From an uncultured Candidatus Saccharibacteria bacterium (lineage in GTDB: Bacteria; Patescibacteriota; Saccharimonadia; Saccharimonadales; 2-12-FULL-41-12): a DNA stretch of 64,000 bases. How positions within the stretch are numbered: the first letter of the stretch is position 1; the number at the start of each line of letters is the position of its first letter. Positions 40,485-49,517 of the stretch are shown piece by piece. Where the stretch lies: positions 341,788 to 405,787 of the forward strand of contig CAMTYB010000001.1 of assembly GCA_947085855.1 (NCBI GenBank), written 5' to 3'. The notes under the pieces were generated by a model. That model had not been told where the DNA came from. It worked only from the letters and a program-made list of their open reading frames with translations, and ran no database searches. Position numbers and translations under genes: made by a program.

Positions 40485-41030
40485 CTAGGCTGCTTCCGCC
40501 TCCTCTTCGATGTCGTCTTCCGATACCATCGGTGGCGGGCTATTTAATATTCCTTTCTCCCTCAGAATACCAAGTATTTTTTTCTGAATCGTTGCAGGGT
40601 GATGTACGTCATGGATCACTAAATCACCAACAAATGTCTGCATCATTATCGTACCATATCCAAGTAATGTTTCCTGGAATCCACCGACCTCATAATTGAC
40701 CATTTGAATCTGTGGCAAACCAATATCCACCACGCTGCGACGCCACAGCCCCTTTTGGGTAATCTGTATAAGCCGCTGATCGGTCACAATGAACACACTG
40801 TAGTACCAACCAATCCACGATGGCAGAAACAACAGAAAGCTCAAAATAAAACCGGCCGCCAGCCCACCAAACAGATAAGCATACTCGGGCTTTATCAAAG
40901 AAGGAAGTGTGCCAAGCAAAATCGCCAGCATAGAAATAACCAACCCTTTGCGCATCACAATCGGGTGTTTACGAAAGACGAACAATACCTCTTCGTCGTC
41001 TAGCTGATCATCAAAATATTTGTCTGGCAT
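40485..41030 (-). CDS. bacterial PH-domain (bPH_2/YdbT-like) membrane protein
   Basis: 181 aa. DEEVLFVFRKHPIVM, two TM segments, then a PH-like domain. Confidence 0.65.
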   Translation of the reverse strand: MPDKYFDDQLDDEEVLFVFRKHPIVMRKGLVISMLAILLGTLPSLIKPEYAYLFGGLAAGFILSFLLFLPSWIGWYYSVFIVTDQRLIQITQKGLWRRSVVDIGLPQIQMVNYEVGGFQETLLGYGTIMMQTFVGDLVIHDVHHPATIQKKILGILREKGILNSPPPMVSEDDIEEEAEAA

Positions 41031-41103
41031 GTTTTAGGCTTAATTGCTGCCACTTATTATAGTGGTTAAGCCTGCTCACGTCGATAGAGGCACATGATCA
41101 CAT

Positions 41104-41415
41104 CTAATTACGATTCGGGTCGTGGGTCGGTGGTTGCTCAGCTGGGCGCGGAAACGGACCCATCTCTTCGGCTAACGCTCGCATGTGGGCTTCTTGGCGT
41201 TTCCTGTCAGCAATCGCATCTCCAATCGTCTGAAGCGCAGTTACCCGGTCAGGGCTAACGCCTCGCTCTTCGGCGCGTGCACGCTGATCTTTATAAAATC
41301 TAGCTACCTGCATTTCTTCACCCACTTCATGAAATCGTTGTTGTCCGATTTCTTGGACTACGGGTTCGCGTTCAGTGAATTTTGAGGTGTCGTTTAGTTC
41401 TTGTGAGGTTGCCAT
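41104..41415 (-). CDS. hypothetical protein
   Basis: 103-aa charged protein. Confidence 0.5.
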   Translation of the reverse strand: MATSQELNDTSKFTEREPVVQEIGQQRFHEVGEEMQVARFYKDQRARAEERGVSPDRVTALQTIGDAIADRKRQEAHMRALAEEMGPFPRPAEQPPTHDPNRN

Positions 41416-41505
41416 AGTTTTTATATTACGTTATCTTATTGCATTATACTACTAATGCTTCAAAAAGTCAAGCGAAGTTTAGTTTCTCGAAACGACTCCT
41501 GCGAA

Positions 41506-41733
41506 TTACTTTTTGGACCGCCAACCCCACCGAAGAGTAAACCAAACAAGTAACCCTGCCGCCCCATAAGCAGCTAGATGAGTAAGCGATTGCTTGCTAT
41601 CATTCTCGTAATTTGCTGGGGCGCCACAACAGCCGTCGTAGCCCACTTCTATCGCTAGCCAACCAATAACTGATGCTATCAAGATAATAATAACGATAAT
41701 AATGCTAAAAATTTTCTTGAGCGTGCTATTCAT
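41506..41733 (-). CDS. small membrane protein (75 aa)
   Basis: Start moved to the ATG at 41733 (MNSTLKKIF...). The track ORF's first 19 codons run through the tRNA-Arg fragment. Confidence 0.5.
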   Translation of the reverse strand: MNSTLKKIFSIIIVIIILIASVIGWLAIEVGYDGCCGAPANYENDSKQSLTHLAAYGAAGLLVWFTLRWGWRSKK

Positions 41734-41743
41734 AGCTCGATCA

Positions 41744-41784
41744 TAGCATAGTCTGGTGACCTGGGAGGGGCCAAACCCCCAACA
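41744..41784 (-). repeat. degenerate copy of the 3' half of tRNA-Arg(CCT)
   Basis: Plus strand TGGTGACCTGGGAGGGGCCAAACCCCCAACACCCCACCT versus TGGTGACCTGGGAGGGACTCGAACCCCCAACACCCACCT at 42379-42417. Same orientation. Confidence 0.75.
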
Positions 41785-41808
41785 CCCCACCTCACGATGA
41801 CAACTGTT

Positions 41809-42339
41809 TTACTCTATTATCCTGTCTGCGCTAGAAAATGAGGCTAGCTCTGCTAAAAGGTCGATGTATTCTTGATCAGAGGGAGTATGTATCCTCTGGT
41901 CAAGCTCCTCAAACCGGCCATCTATGCTTTCGTTCAGCCGCTCTTTATCGGTCATCGATGCAAGCTCTTCCTCTGTCATGAGCGTATTGATTACTTGCAG
42001 CTCACTATGATAATAAGCATACTCTCGAATCGCAAAAAGACCCTCTTCTGCCCACCTTTTAGTCGTAATATTGGCGTGGAGGCGCCTACCGGATTCGGCC
42101 TCTTGCACTTCGATACCTAAGCTTGCAGCTATGCCGCGTGGGATATTAATACGGTACTCGGATGCGACAATAAGGGCGCCTTCCGCTAGCCATGTCCGAC
42201 TTCTCGTAAAGCCGTCTTCTGGGGCGGGTTCAGGTTGCGCATCTTCAAAAACAGTATCGAGAGCAGCTTCTAGGCTAAGTCTGTACTCCGCAGTTGGTCT
42301 GTATGGTTCATGTCTAGTGTCTCGATTTGGATGACTCAA
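41809..42339 (-). CDS. hypothetical acidic protein
   Basis: 176-aa ORF occupying the interval between tRNA-Arg and its 3' copy. Confidence 0.55.
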   Translation of the reverse strand: MSHPNRDTRHEPYRPTAEYRLSLEAALDTVFEDAQPEPAPEDGFTRSRTWLAEGALIVASEYRINIPRGIAASLGIEVQEAESGRRLHANITTKRWAEEGLFAIREYAYYHSELQVINTLMTEEELASMTDKERLNESIDGRFEELDQRIHTPSDQEYIDLLAELASFSSADRIIE

Positions 42340-42378
42340 GGTTATTAGTCCTCACTTAATTGTGTAACGTCATTTGAT

Positions 42379-42455
42379 TGGTGACCTGGGAGGGACTCGA
42401 ACCCCCAACACCCACCTTAGGACGGTGGTGTTCTATCCAATTGAACTACCAGGCC
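42379..42455 (-). tRNA. tRNA-Arg(CCT)
   Basis: Minus strand GGCCTGG TA GTTC AATTGGATA GAAC A CCACC GTCCTAA GGTGG GTGTT GGGGG TTCGAGT CCCTC CCAGGTC A CCA. Confidence 0.9.
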
Positions 42456-42545
42456 ATGATCCAAGTATATAGTAATCTGTGCCAGGCTAGTTTTGGCTGC
42501 GCTTTGCGAAGCAACCCGCGCAGCTGAAGCTAGCCTGCGTGCGAA

Positions 42546-43064
42546 TTACTTCTTCTTTGATGATTTTCTAGGCTGAGTGTAGTGCTCGTGTACAGTGCGG
42601 TAGTCGTAGATTTCAGCTTCGCTGAACCAGTGGGCGATTTCTAGGGCTGCTTCTTCTGGATCACCTGAGGCGTGGATGATATTGGCAATACCCAAGTCCT
42701 GTTCGTCTGCATGAGAGAAGCTGACGTGTGCGTAGTCGCCGCGAATAGTACCCGGTAGAGCGCTCTTTGGTTCAGTGGTACCGACCATCTTACGGACAAG
42801 GCTAACGGCTTCAACACCTTCAAGCACATATGCGATGACCGGGCCAGTTTGCATCATGTCGAGGGTAACATCAAAGGCTTTTTGGCCTCGACGAGAGATC
42901 ATCTTGCCGATGGTTTCGTAGTGGTGATAAAAATGATCGTAACTTGGCTGCAGCATCTTGGTGCCTACAATCTTGAGGCCCGCTCGTTCAAAGCGAGTTA
43001 AAATCTCACCAACAATGCCGCGTTGCACGGTGTCCGGCTTAAGAATAATGAGTGTTCGTTCCAT
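42546..43064 (-). CDS. ndk: nucleoside-diphosphate kinase
   Basis: 172 aa, MERTLIILKPD, active-site NIIHAS. Confidence 0.9.
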   Translation of the reverse strand: MERTLIILKPDTVQRGIVGEILTRFERAGLKIVGTKMLQPSYDHFYHHYETIGKMISRRGQKAFDVTLDMMQTGPVIAYVLEGVEAVSLVRKMVGTTEPKSALPGTIRGDYAHVSFSHADEQDLGIANIIHASGDPEEAALEIAHWFSEAEIYDYRTVHEHYTQPRKSSKKK

Positions 43065-43158
43065 AAGTTTTGCAATCCTTTACTTGATTCAGTGCTCTAC
43101 AATTCTGCCTTATTCTAACAGATCAGCGAAGATGAATCTATTTCTGGCTTGCGGCTGC

Positions 43159-45447
43159 CTAGGAGTTCACTGCATATAGAGCGATATCGAGAATAAGACT
43201 TGCATCGGTAGGCAATGCAATGTAATTTTGAATGCGCGGTGCTACCGATGTTTTTGAGGAGATCGTGAACGGTGCTGAGGATTCCTGGTCAGAGATAGCT
43301 CCAGCGGCAACAATCGGAGAGCCTGAGTTCCATAAACCACCTGTTGAACCTGTAACCGTACCGCTATAGGTAGCCGATGGATCCGTACCGCTAGCACCGC
43401 CACTTATTGCGTTCACATTCACCAATACTACGCCTAGACCCCCGGTAGAAATCGCCACACCACCATTCTTGAGCGTCACGGCTAGTATGAACTGCGTAGT
43501 CTTACCTGAGACAGCGTAATCAGCCGGATCAACTACTTCAACTGCCCGAGCCGAGCCGGCCGCGCCAAAAGCCACCGCATATGGCGCAAATGTGTCTGCG
43601 GGGGTTCGATCAACTCCAGACGCCTGTGTATTAGTAGCATCGAGTCGAGTAATCCAACGCCTAACAAGCCGGCGACGTGAGACAAGGTCAGAAGGTAGGC
43701 GCGCCACCGAAAGTGTGCCTGTAGTAAGCTCGCTGGCATTCGTAGTTTTGGTACTGCCAGCATTGCCTATATAGCCAGGATTTTGGCGTGCACGATGGAG
43801 AGCAAGACGCTGTATTTCATCACGAATTTTACGAGCAATAGCCCCTTGCCCGCCGTTTCCAAGGTAATCAGAGCCCGGCAATGGACGGCTTATAGCGGCT
43901 GATGGATGTGAGGAATCCGTCCAGGTTAAAGTGTCGGATGGCCCAGAGCCATTGGTGGCACCTTGGTAACCCGTTCCATATGTATCACCATCTTGTAAAA
44001 GAGAACGAATGTATTGAATATTCATCTGAGGATGTGCGTCAATATAGCCTTTTATTTGAGCGTTGATTACTTCGTACTCACTATTCCAAGTTTCTGTACG
44101 AGTATGCATAAGGCCTGTAGCGAAAAGTGGGACGCTTGGGAATCGATCGTATAGCCCACCGAGCACTGCCGCAATAGAGTTATCTAAGGTAACAGTGCCG
44201 TCGAATTCACCGGAACGGTCATTCTGCGACCCAAGAACTACTACAGCATCTGGTGGATGAGTGTCATCAAAGTACCTATCCACGTCATATGGAATTCTCT
44301 GTTCATAGTTGAGTAAGGTAGATTCAACGACAGGCCCAAACGACACAAAGCCTTTGGCACGATAGCCAGTGCCACCTTGTCCGGATAAGTGAACGTCCAT
44401 ACCAAGTGCTCGTCCCAACATTGGCACAAAACCAAGCGTATGTCGGTATTGGCCTTGCCCTGGAACGGTAAACGAATCACCGAGCAGCAGCAGCTTGCCT
44501 GCTCGCCAGTTTGGATAAGATAGTTGATCTGTCGACAAGAAGTAGAATCCACCAAAAGTAGCAGACTCGGTGTACATCTTGATTTGCCAATCGCCCGATG
44601 ACCCAAGATCAATCGGGACAAGATAATACAGACCATCACCAGGAGATGTAAATATTTCTTGTCCATTTTGACTCGACAACGCCCGAAACGGACGCATAGT
44701 AGCACCATCTTTACCGGCAAAGTACTCAATGTACTGGGTACCACTTGTATCTCGCATTACCTGGACCAGGTAGCGACCCCTGAAACGAAAAGAGATTTCT
44801 CCGTATGATCCAGTCATGCCGCCACCATCTGGCGTAGCGTCAGTACGAGCAGTTTGGAATTGGCCTACCTGTTGAGAAGTGGCTGTGGAGCCACCCCAAT
44901 AATTAAACGGCCCCGAAAGCCGATAAGTAGTATCGTTTTTCGGATCAGCATAGTCTGGTTGGGTCCGCGTAAGATTAGCAGATGTATATGACCCACCTGA
45001 CATAGTATTCATAAGTGTGGCAGCAGCTGTAGGCATTGTTCCTGTTGATAGCCCTGTGGAGCGAGTACCTATAGTTAGCCCAGAGATAACCGTGTCTGTC
45101 AGAAGATCTTGTAATGAAGCTCCTCCAAACACTGATTGAATACCAGGAATGTCTCTTTTCTGATAATCGGCTAGCTGGTCTTCGTCCACTAAACCGCTCG
45201 GTAACTGGCTTGTGTCTAGCGTGCTAGACCCATCAAGGGTAGCTATACCAGAAGGAACCCCTTTTTGACTTGCTGGGATTGCATTATCGGCCGCAGTCAA
45301 GCTTGCTTGCACCGAACTGTCGAGTTTGGCCTTGGCAATTACGCCATCTTTGAGCGAGCCATCGTTATTATGAACTTGATTGAGAAAATCATTAAGAATT
45401 GAACCCCAATTTCCCGGATCACCGCCAACTGTCGGTAGACGAGCCAT
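43159..45447 (-). CDS. phage-tail-fibre-like surface protein with SGNH/GDSL hydrolase domain
   Basis: 762 aa. N-terminal MARLPTVGGDPGNWGSILNDFLNQVHNNDGSLK is paralogous to 24182-26374. Also ATLDGSSTLDTSQLPSG, and GDS block LLLLGDSFT with a later VVVLGSQND. Confidence 0.8.
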   Translation of the reverse strand: MARLPTVGGDPGNWGSILNDFLNQVHNNDGSLKDGVIAKAKLDSSVQASLTAADNAIPASQKGVPSGIATLDGSSTLDTSQLPSGLVDEDQLADYQKRDIPGIQSVFGGASLQDLLTDTVISGLTIGTRSTGLSTGTMPTAAATLMNTMSGGSYTSANLTRTQPDYADPKNDTTYRLSGPFNYWGGSTATSQQVGQFQTARTDATPDGGGMTGSYGEISFRFRGRYLVQVMRDTSGTQYIEYFAGKDGATMRPFRALSSQNGQEIFTSPGDGLYYLVPIDLGSSGDWQIKMYTESATFGGFYFLSTDQLSYPNWRAGKLLLLGDSFTVPGQGQYRHTLGFVPMLGRALGMDVHLSGQGGTGYRAKGFVSFGPVVESTLLNYEQRIPYDVDRYFDDTHPPDAVVVLGSQNDRSGEFDGTVTLDNSIAAVLGGLYDRFPSVPLFATGLMHTRTETWNSEYEVINAQIKGYIDAHPQMNIQYIRSLLQDGDTYGTGYQGATNGSGPSDTLTWTDSSHPSAAISRPLPGSDYLGNGGQGAIARKIRDEIQRLALHRARQNPGYIGNAGSTKTTNASELTTGTLSVARLPSDLVSRRRLVRRWITRLDATNTQASGVDRTPADTFAPYAVAFGAAGSARAVEVVDPADYAVSGKTTQFILAVTLKNGGVAISTGGLGVVLVNVNAISGGASGTDPSATYSGTVTGSTGGLWNSGSPIVAAGAISDQESSAPFTISSKTSVAPRIQNYIALPTDASLILDIALYAVNS

Positions 45448-45571
45448 AACTACAATACCCCGCGCAACAAAATTCTCATGCTTGTACGTATTATCGAGAA
45501 AACTAAGTTAAAAATCAATTGGGCTTTGTTTGTTTGCTCAGTCAACACAATAACGAGACATCTTAAAAACT

Positions 45572-46504
45572 ATGTCGTACAATAAACGTATGCAGTTCCA
45601 ATCATTACTGACCGACTTCTTAGAATATCTTGAGATCGAACAAAATCGGTCGCAAAAAACTATTGCCAATTACGACCATTACCTCACTCGTCTTATAGAT
45701 TACGCCGGTGACATTAAAGTCAGCGACATTACGCCCGAACTCGTCCGCAAATGGCGCCTGTGGCTCAACCGACTCGGTACTAACACTGCCGACGAGCTGC
45801 AAAAAACTACCCAGAATTACCATCTGATAGCCCTGCGTAGCTTCTTGAAGTACTGCGCCAAACGAGACATTGTGGCCATGAGTCCAGAGAAGATTGAGTT
45901 GGCCCGGGTTCAACGCAAGCAAGTTACTTTTTTAAGCGACGACGAAATGGCACGACTCCTGGAGCAGCCAGATCTCAACACCGAAGCCGGCCTGCGCGAC
46001 CGCGCAATTTTGGAACTTCTCTACTCCAGCGGGCTGCGTGTTTCGGAACTAGTTGGACTCAACAAAGACCATATCAATCTGAAGCGCCGTGAATTTATGG
46101 TGCGCGGTAAAGGCCAGAAAGATCGACCAATTTTTGTCAGCGAAGAAGCGGCCGACTGGGTGCAGCGCTACGTCGATATGCGTACCGACGCCAGCCCTGC
46201 CCTGTTTGTACGGGTTGGTGGTCACAAGAAAGTCGATACCACCGGTAATTATTTGCGCCTAACTGCTCGTAGTGTCCAGCGAATGATTGCTCGATATGCC
46301 TTGATGGCCGGTATTACTAAAAAAGTTAGCCCGCATACCATGCGCCACAGTTTTGCGACAGACCTATTGATGAACGGAGCTGACTTGCGGTCGGTTCAGG
46401 CTATGCTCGGTCACAGTAATATAGCGACTACCCAAATTTATACACATGTCACCGACCCTCACCTCAAGAAGGTGCATGATCAATTCCACCGTCGTAAGGG
46501 CTAA
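45572..46504 (+). CDS. tyrosine recombinase XerC/XerD family
   Basis: 310 aa, C-terminal RHSFATDLLMNGADLRSVQAMLGHSNIATTQIYTHV (R..H..R..Y catalytic set). Confidence 0.9.
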   Translation: MSYNKRMQFQSLLTDFLEYLEIEQNRSQKTIANYDHYLTRLIDYAGDIKVSDITPELVRKWRLWLNRLGTNTADELQKTTQNYHLIALRSFLKYCAKRDIVAMSPEKIELARVQRKQVTFLSDDEMARLLEQPDLNTEAGLRDRAILELLYSSGLRVSELVGLNKDHINLKRREFMVRGKGQKDRPIFVSEEAADWVQRYVDMRTDASPALFVRVGGHKKVDTTGNYLRLTARSVQRMIARYALMAGITKKVSPHTMRHSFATDLLMNGADLRSVQAMLGHSNIATTQIYTHVTDPHLKKVHDQFHRRKG

Positions 46505-46507
46505 GCG

Positions 46508-47599
46508 CTACTGGAAGTAAGTGGCGCCGCCACAGTCGTTGGCTACGCCGTAGCCAGAGTAGACATCGAGACGCTTACATATACCATTCATGGATTCAAA
46601 GCCAGGAGGTGTTACTTCTTGAGGATAGAACGGTATGCGTACTTGCATACGGCGCATAACATCGCTCACTTTACCGGTTGAATCAATTTTGATTTGAGCT
46701 TCTTTGAAGCGAACGTTTTGATTCGATGCATCCCTACCTTCAATAGTAAGCGCCGAGTTGCTATAGATTGACGTAACCTTTACAAACAAACCATTAGCCG
46801 GCGGCAAACCCTGAATTGTAGCTCGGCATTTACCCGAGGAGCAGTCTGCTGCTGCCACAAAGCCTTCGTTCTCGCTACTACTGGCGTGGCGTGAGTAATT
46901 AACAAGTCCCGGACCAGTATCCCGCGTTGGGCGTAGAAATACTGTAAATTGATCCTCAGCTAAGCGCTCTCTGCTGATAGCACCGTTGGTAACCGGCATA
47001 AAACTGAGTCTCAAAATACCCGCGTCGCAGTTGTTGGAATAGGTTGGCTGAGTCGGGTAATTATGTATCGAAGCTATTGCCTCGCAGCCACCAAAATTCT
47101 GACCACCATCGATGTCATTCCATTCAACTATTACAGACCGTGGTGGCACATCGGTTGTTGTCTGCAATGATAGCAGTTCTCCTCGATAGCCATCTATTGA
47201 GCTGTACTCAAGTGTCTTTGGCGCTCGGTCAAATAGTACACAAATTTCCTGGAAAGTTGCGCTCGTATCGAGTTGAGCGGCGATAACGGGTGCTGCTGAG
47301 CAGGTTTCTTTTTTGTAGTCTGCGGCGACAATAGCCGCTAAATTGTCTGGGTTACGCAGGTACTTAGTGGCATCATTGATGCCTGATTCGGCCACATAGA
47401 AGGCTTGATTGGACAGCTGTCGATCGAGGGTTTGGCGTTGTTCTCGCCGACTTATTTCGGCAAAAGCCAGGACCGTTAGCGAGATGATTACTAAAAGAAA
47501 AACCGTTACCATAATAGCGGCCAGTCCAGATTCATTTGTACGGAGTTGTTTTAAGTTTTTCATACAAACTCTTTTATGCTTAATTTTAGTATACCTCAT
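46508..47599 (-). CDS. PilX-like minor pilin / pilus-assembly protein
   Basis: 363 aa. ESGLAAIMVTVFLLVIISLTVLAF matches the PilX N-terminal pattern. Likely start is the ATG at 47563 (MKNLKQL). Confidence 0.65.
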   Translation of the reverse strand: MRYTKIKHKRVCMKNLKQLRTNESGLAAIMVTVFLLVIISLTVLAFAEISRREQRQTLDRQLSNQAFYVAESGINDATKYLRNPDNLAAIVAADYKKETCSAAPVIAAQLDTSATFQEICVLFDRAPKTLEYSSIDGYRGELLSLQTTTDVPPRSVIVEWNDIDGGQNFGGCEAIASIHNYPTQPTYSNNCDAGILRLSFMPVTNGAISRERLAEDQFTVFLRPTRDTGPGLVNYSRHASSSENEGFVAAADCSSGKCRATIQGLPPANGLFVKVTSIYSNSALTIEGRDASNQNVRFKEAQIKIDSTGKVSDVMRRMQVRIPFYPQEVTPPGFESMNGICKRLDVYSGYGVANDCGGATYFQ

Positions 47600-48270
47600 A
47601 AGCGTTTTTTGACCGTCGTATTTAGTGAGCTAACGGCACAGAAACTGCCGCCGAGACTATTTGGCACGCAGACATTGCCTGGACTAATGTCCAAGTCTCC
47701 GTACACAACGGTGAGAGTGAAACTCAGGAATGTTCTATTTGGCGATTCGGTAAAGGTCAGGTTTGCCAAACGAGCATTTTGCGGCAGTAACTCCCGCCGC
47801 TGAGCAATAGCCTCGGCTGAAGTATTAGTGTTAGCGTCTTGCGGCACGGGGTTATTGAGGTCGAGTGGCGCACAGGTGGCACCATTATTTATCAGATCAA
47901 GCCAGAGAGCATGCGGTGTTGTTACAGTATCGAGATCACTCGTGCCACGGACTGGCACCCCTATCGTATAGGTAAATCGATAATTACCAATACAGGTGGC
48001 TGAGACCTGCAGACCGCTAAAGCCAACTGGCCCCTGAGTTGTAACACCGCTCGAACTATTAAACTGATACGCATTACTAATATCTTTAGTTATAGACCGA
48101 GTAACTTCTTGTGTCTTGCCGCTAATAATCCCCTTGTAGTACGCCCGGCCAATATACAGTAATCCGGTCGTAGCAATGAGAATAATGGTACTAAACACCA
48201 AAGTAGAGATCAGTAGCTCTACAAGCGTAAAGCCGGCCTGCTGTTTGGGCGTGGTCGTTTTCGTTTTCAT
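47596..48270 (-). CDS. prepilin-type minor pilin (PilW-like)
   Basis: 224 aa with a G|FTLVELLIS cleavage/methylation motif. Confidence 0.75.
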   Translation of the reverse strand: MKTKTTTPKQQAGFTLVELLISTLVFSTIILIATTGLLYIGRAYYKGIISGKTQEVTRSITKDISNAYQFNSSSGVTTQGPVGFSGLQVSATCIGNYRFTYTIGVPVRGTSDLDTVTTPHALWLDLINNGATCAPLDLNNPVPQDANTNTSAEAIAQRRELLPQNARLANLTFTESPNRTFLSFTLTVVYGDLDISPGNVCVPNSLGGSFCAVSSLNTTVKKRL

Positions 48271-49517
48271 CAGTTTCTAAAGAGCCTTACACTATCGATT
48301 TGCAGATTCGGGTCGTTACCGTTGTTATTTTGCCAAACTATGTACAAACGCTCGCCATGATCTGGTGGAATTACTACTTGCGTAGAGTGACTCATCTGCT
48401 GATCTTGGGCGCCAGCTGGTAAGGTCGGGTCGTCGCCAATAAATTGAGACGTGCTCCAATCGGTACCCGTGCGCACAATTAAGTTATAGCCTGGATAGCC
48501 AGCCGGTACAGCATTATTGAACTGACGATATGTAATCTCAAGCGTGGCTGGTCCTGGCTGTAGGCCAGGCATGTAGTATGTCACCAAGACTTCGCGCCAG
48601 GCTCGCATTGAATTTCCACTCTGGAAACATCCGTCGGCGCCATCATTCCATAGGCCTTCTGCAGCTGAACAGCCGATGTATTCACGACCAGCGGCCGTAG
48701 AACTGAAAGCTATAGCTGGATCTGGTGACTCGGTGTTGTCCTGAGCATTGGCGCAGCCTGGGTCATCTGGATAGTCTGTCCTGGTATCGCTATCATTGTC
48801 TTGTCCGTCAATACACTGCGGGTTAGTTTCATCGTTATCGGTGGCGCTGGTACAGCCCGGGTCGGCTGGATAATCAGTATGCGCGTCGCCGTCATCATTG
48901 ATACCATTTTGACATTGCTCTGGCGCCGTACCACTAACATAGAATGAATCGCTCGTGTTGTAGTAGAGGCTATAAAACGACCTGACTTCCTCAATTTCAC
49001 CACCGCCAGCTGGCAACCATCGGAGCGTGATAGCGTATGGCCGAACAGTTGGACTGGAACCAACAGCGACTGCGCGATCTGGCGACCAAATCATGACACT
49101 ATATAGATCATCGTTGGCATTATTGTCCAATCGACAGGCTGCGGGATACGCAGTCAAATCGTCGACTTCTTTATCAGCGACTGGTGGCGTAGCATCAGCC
49201 GACACAACCTGTATGCCCGTTGGTGCGGTCACTGGGTCAACTGGTACAGTCTGTAGACAGAAATAGGCATCATTGCCGGGTAGTGTCTGCACATCAGCAT
49301 ATGCCTTTAGAAGTTCAACCTGAGTCTCCAGGTATTTAGTGGCCAAAGAGCGTTCTTGGGATTTCTGGGTAGCAATGGTGCTGCGATTTGATAGTGCGTA
49401 GGCTGTGGTCAGCAGTAAGCTCAAAACAGCCGTACAGATGAGCACTTCGGCAATAGTATCGCCACGCTGACTGAGGTGTTTGATTTTACGCATTACACCA
49501 TTCATTAGGCTGCACAT
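48270..49517 (-). CDS. prepilin-type minor pilin with Cys/Asp-rich repeat domain
   Basis: 415 aa with G|DTIAEVLI. Two C..G.D.D.D..TDYP.DPGC repeats (48753-48914). Confidence 0.7.
   Translation of the reverse strand: MCSLMNGVMRKIKHLSQRGDTIAEVLICTAVLSLLLTTAYALSNRSTIATQKSQERSLATKYLETQVELLKAYADVQTLPGNDAYFCLQTVPVDPVTAPTGIQVVSADATPPVADKEVDDLTAYPAACRLDNNANDDLYSVMIWSPDRAVAVGSSPTVRPYAITLRWLPAGGGEIEEVRSFYSLYYNTSDSFYVSGTAPEQCQNGINDDGDAHTDYPADPGCTSATDNDETNPQCIDGQDNDSDTRTDYPDDPGCANAQDNTESPDPAIAFSSTAAGREYIGCSAAEGLWNDGADGCFQSGNSMRAWREVLVTYYMPGLQPGPATLEITYRQFNNAVPAGYPGYNLIVRTGTDWSTSQFIGDDPTLPAGAQDQQMSHSTQVVIPPDHGERLYIVWQNNNGNDPNLQIDSVRLFRN

Noticed and set aside
42483-42537. Nested hairpin (CAGGCTAG...CTAGCCTG enclosing CTGCGC...GCGCAG) between ndk and tRNA-Arg, considered as a terminator
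   Set aside because: No U-tract follows on either strand. It is more likely an RNA processing or stability element, or coincidental, so it is not called as a feature.
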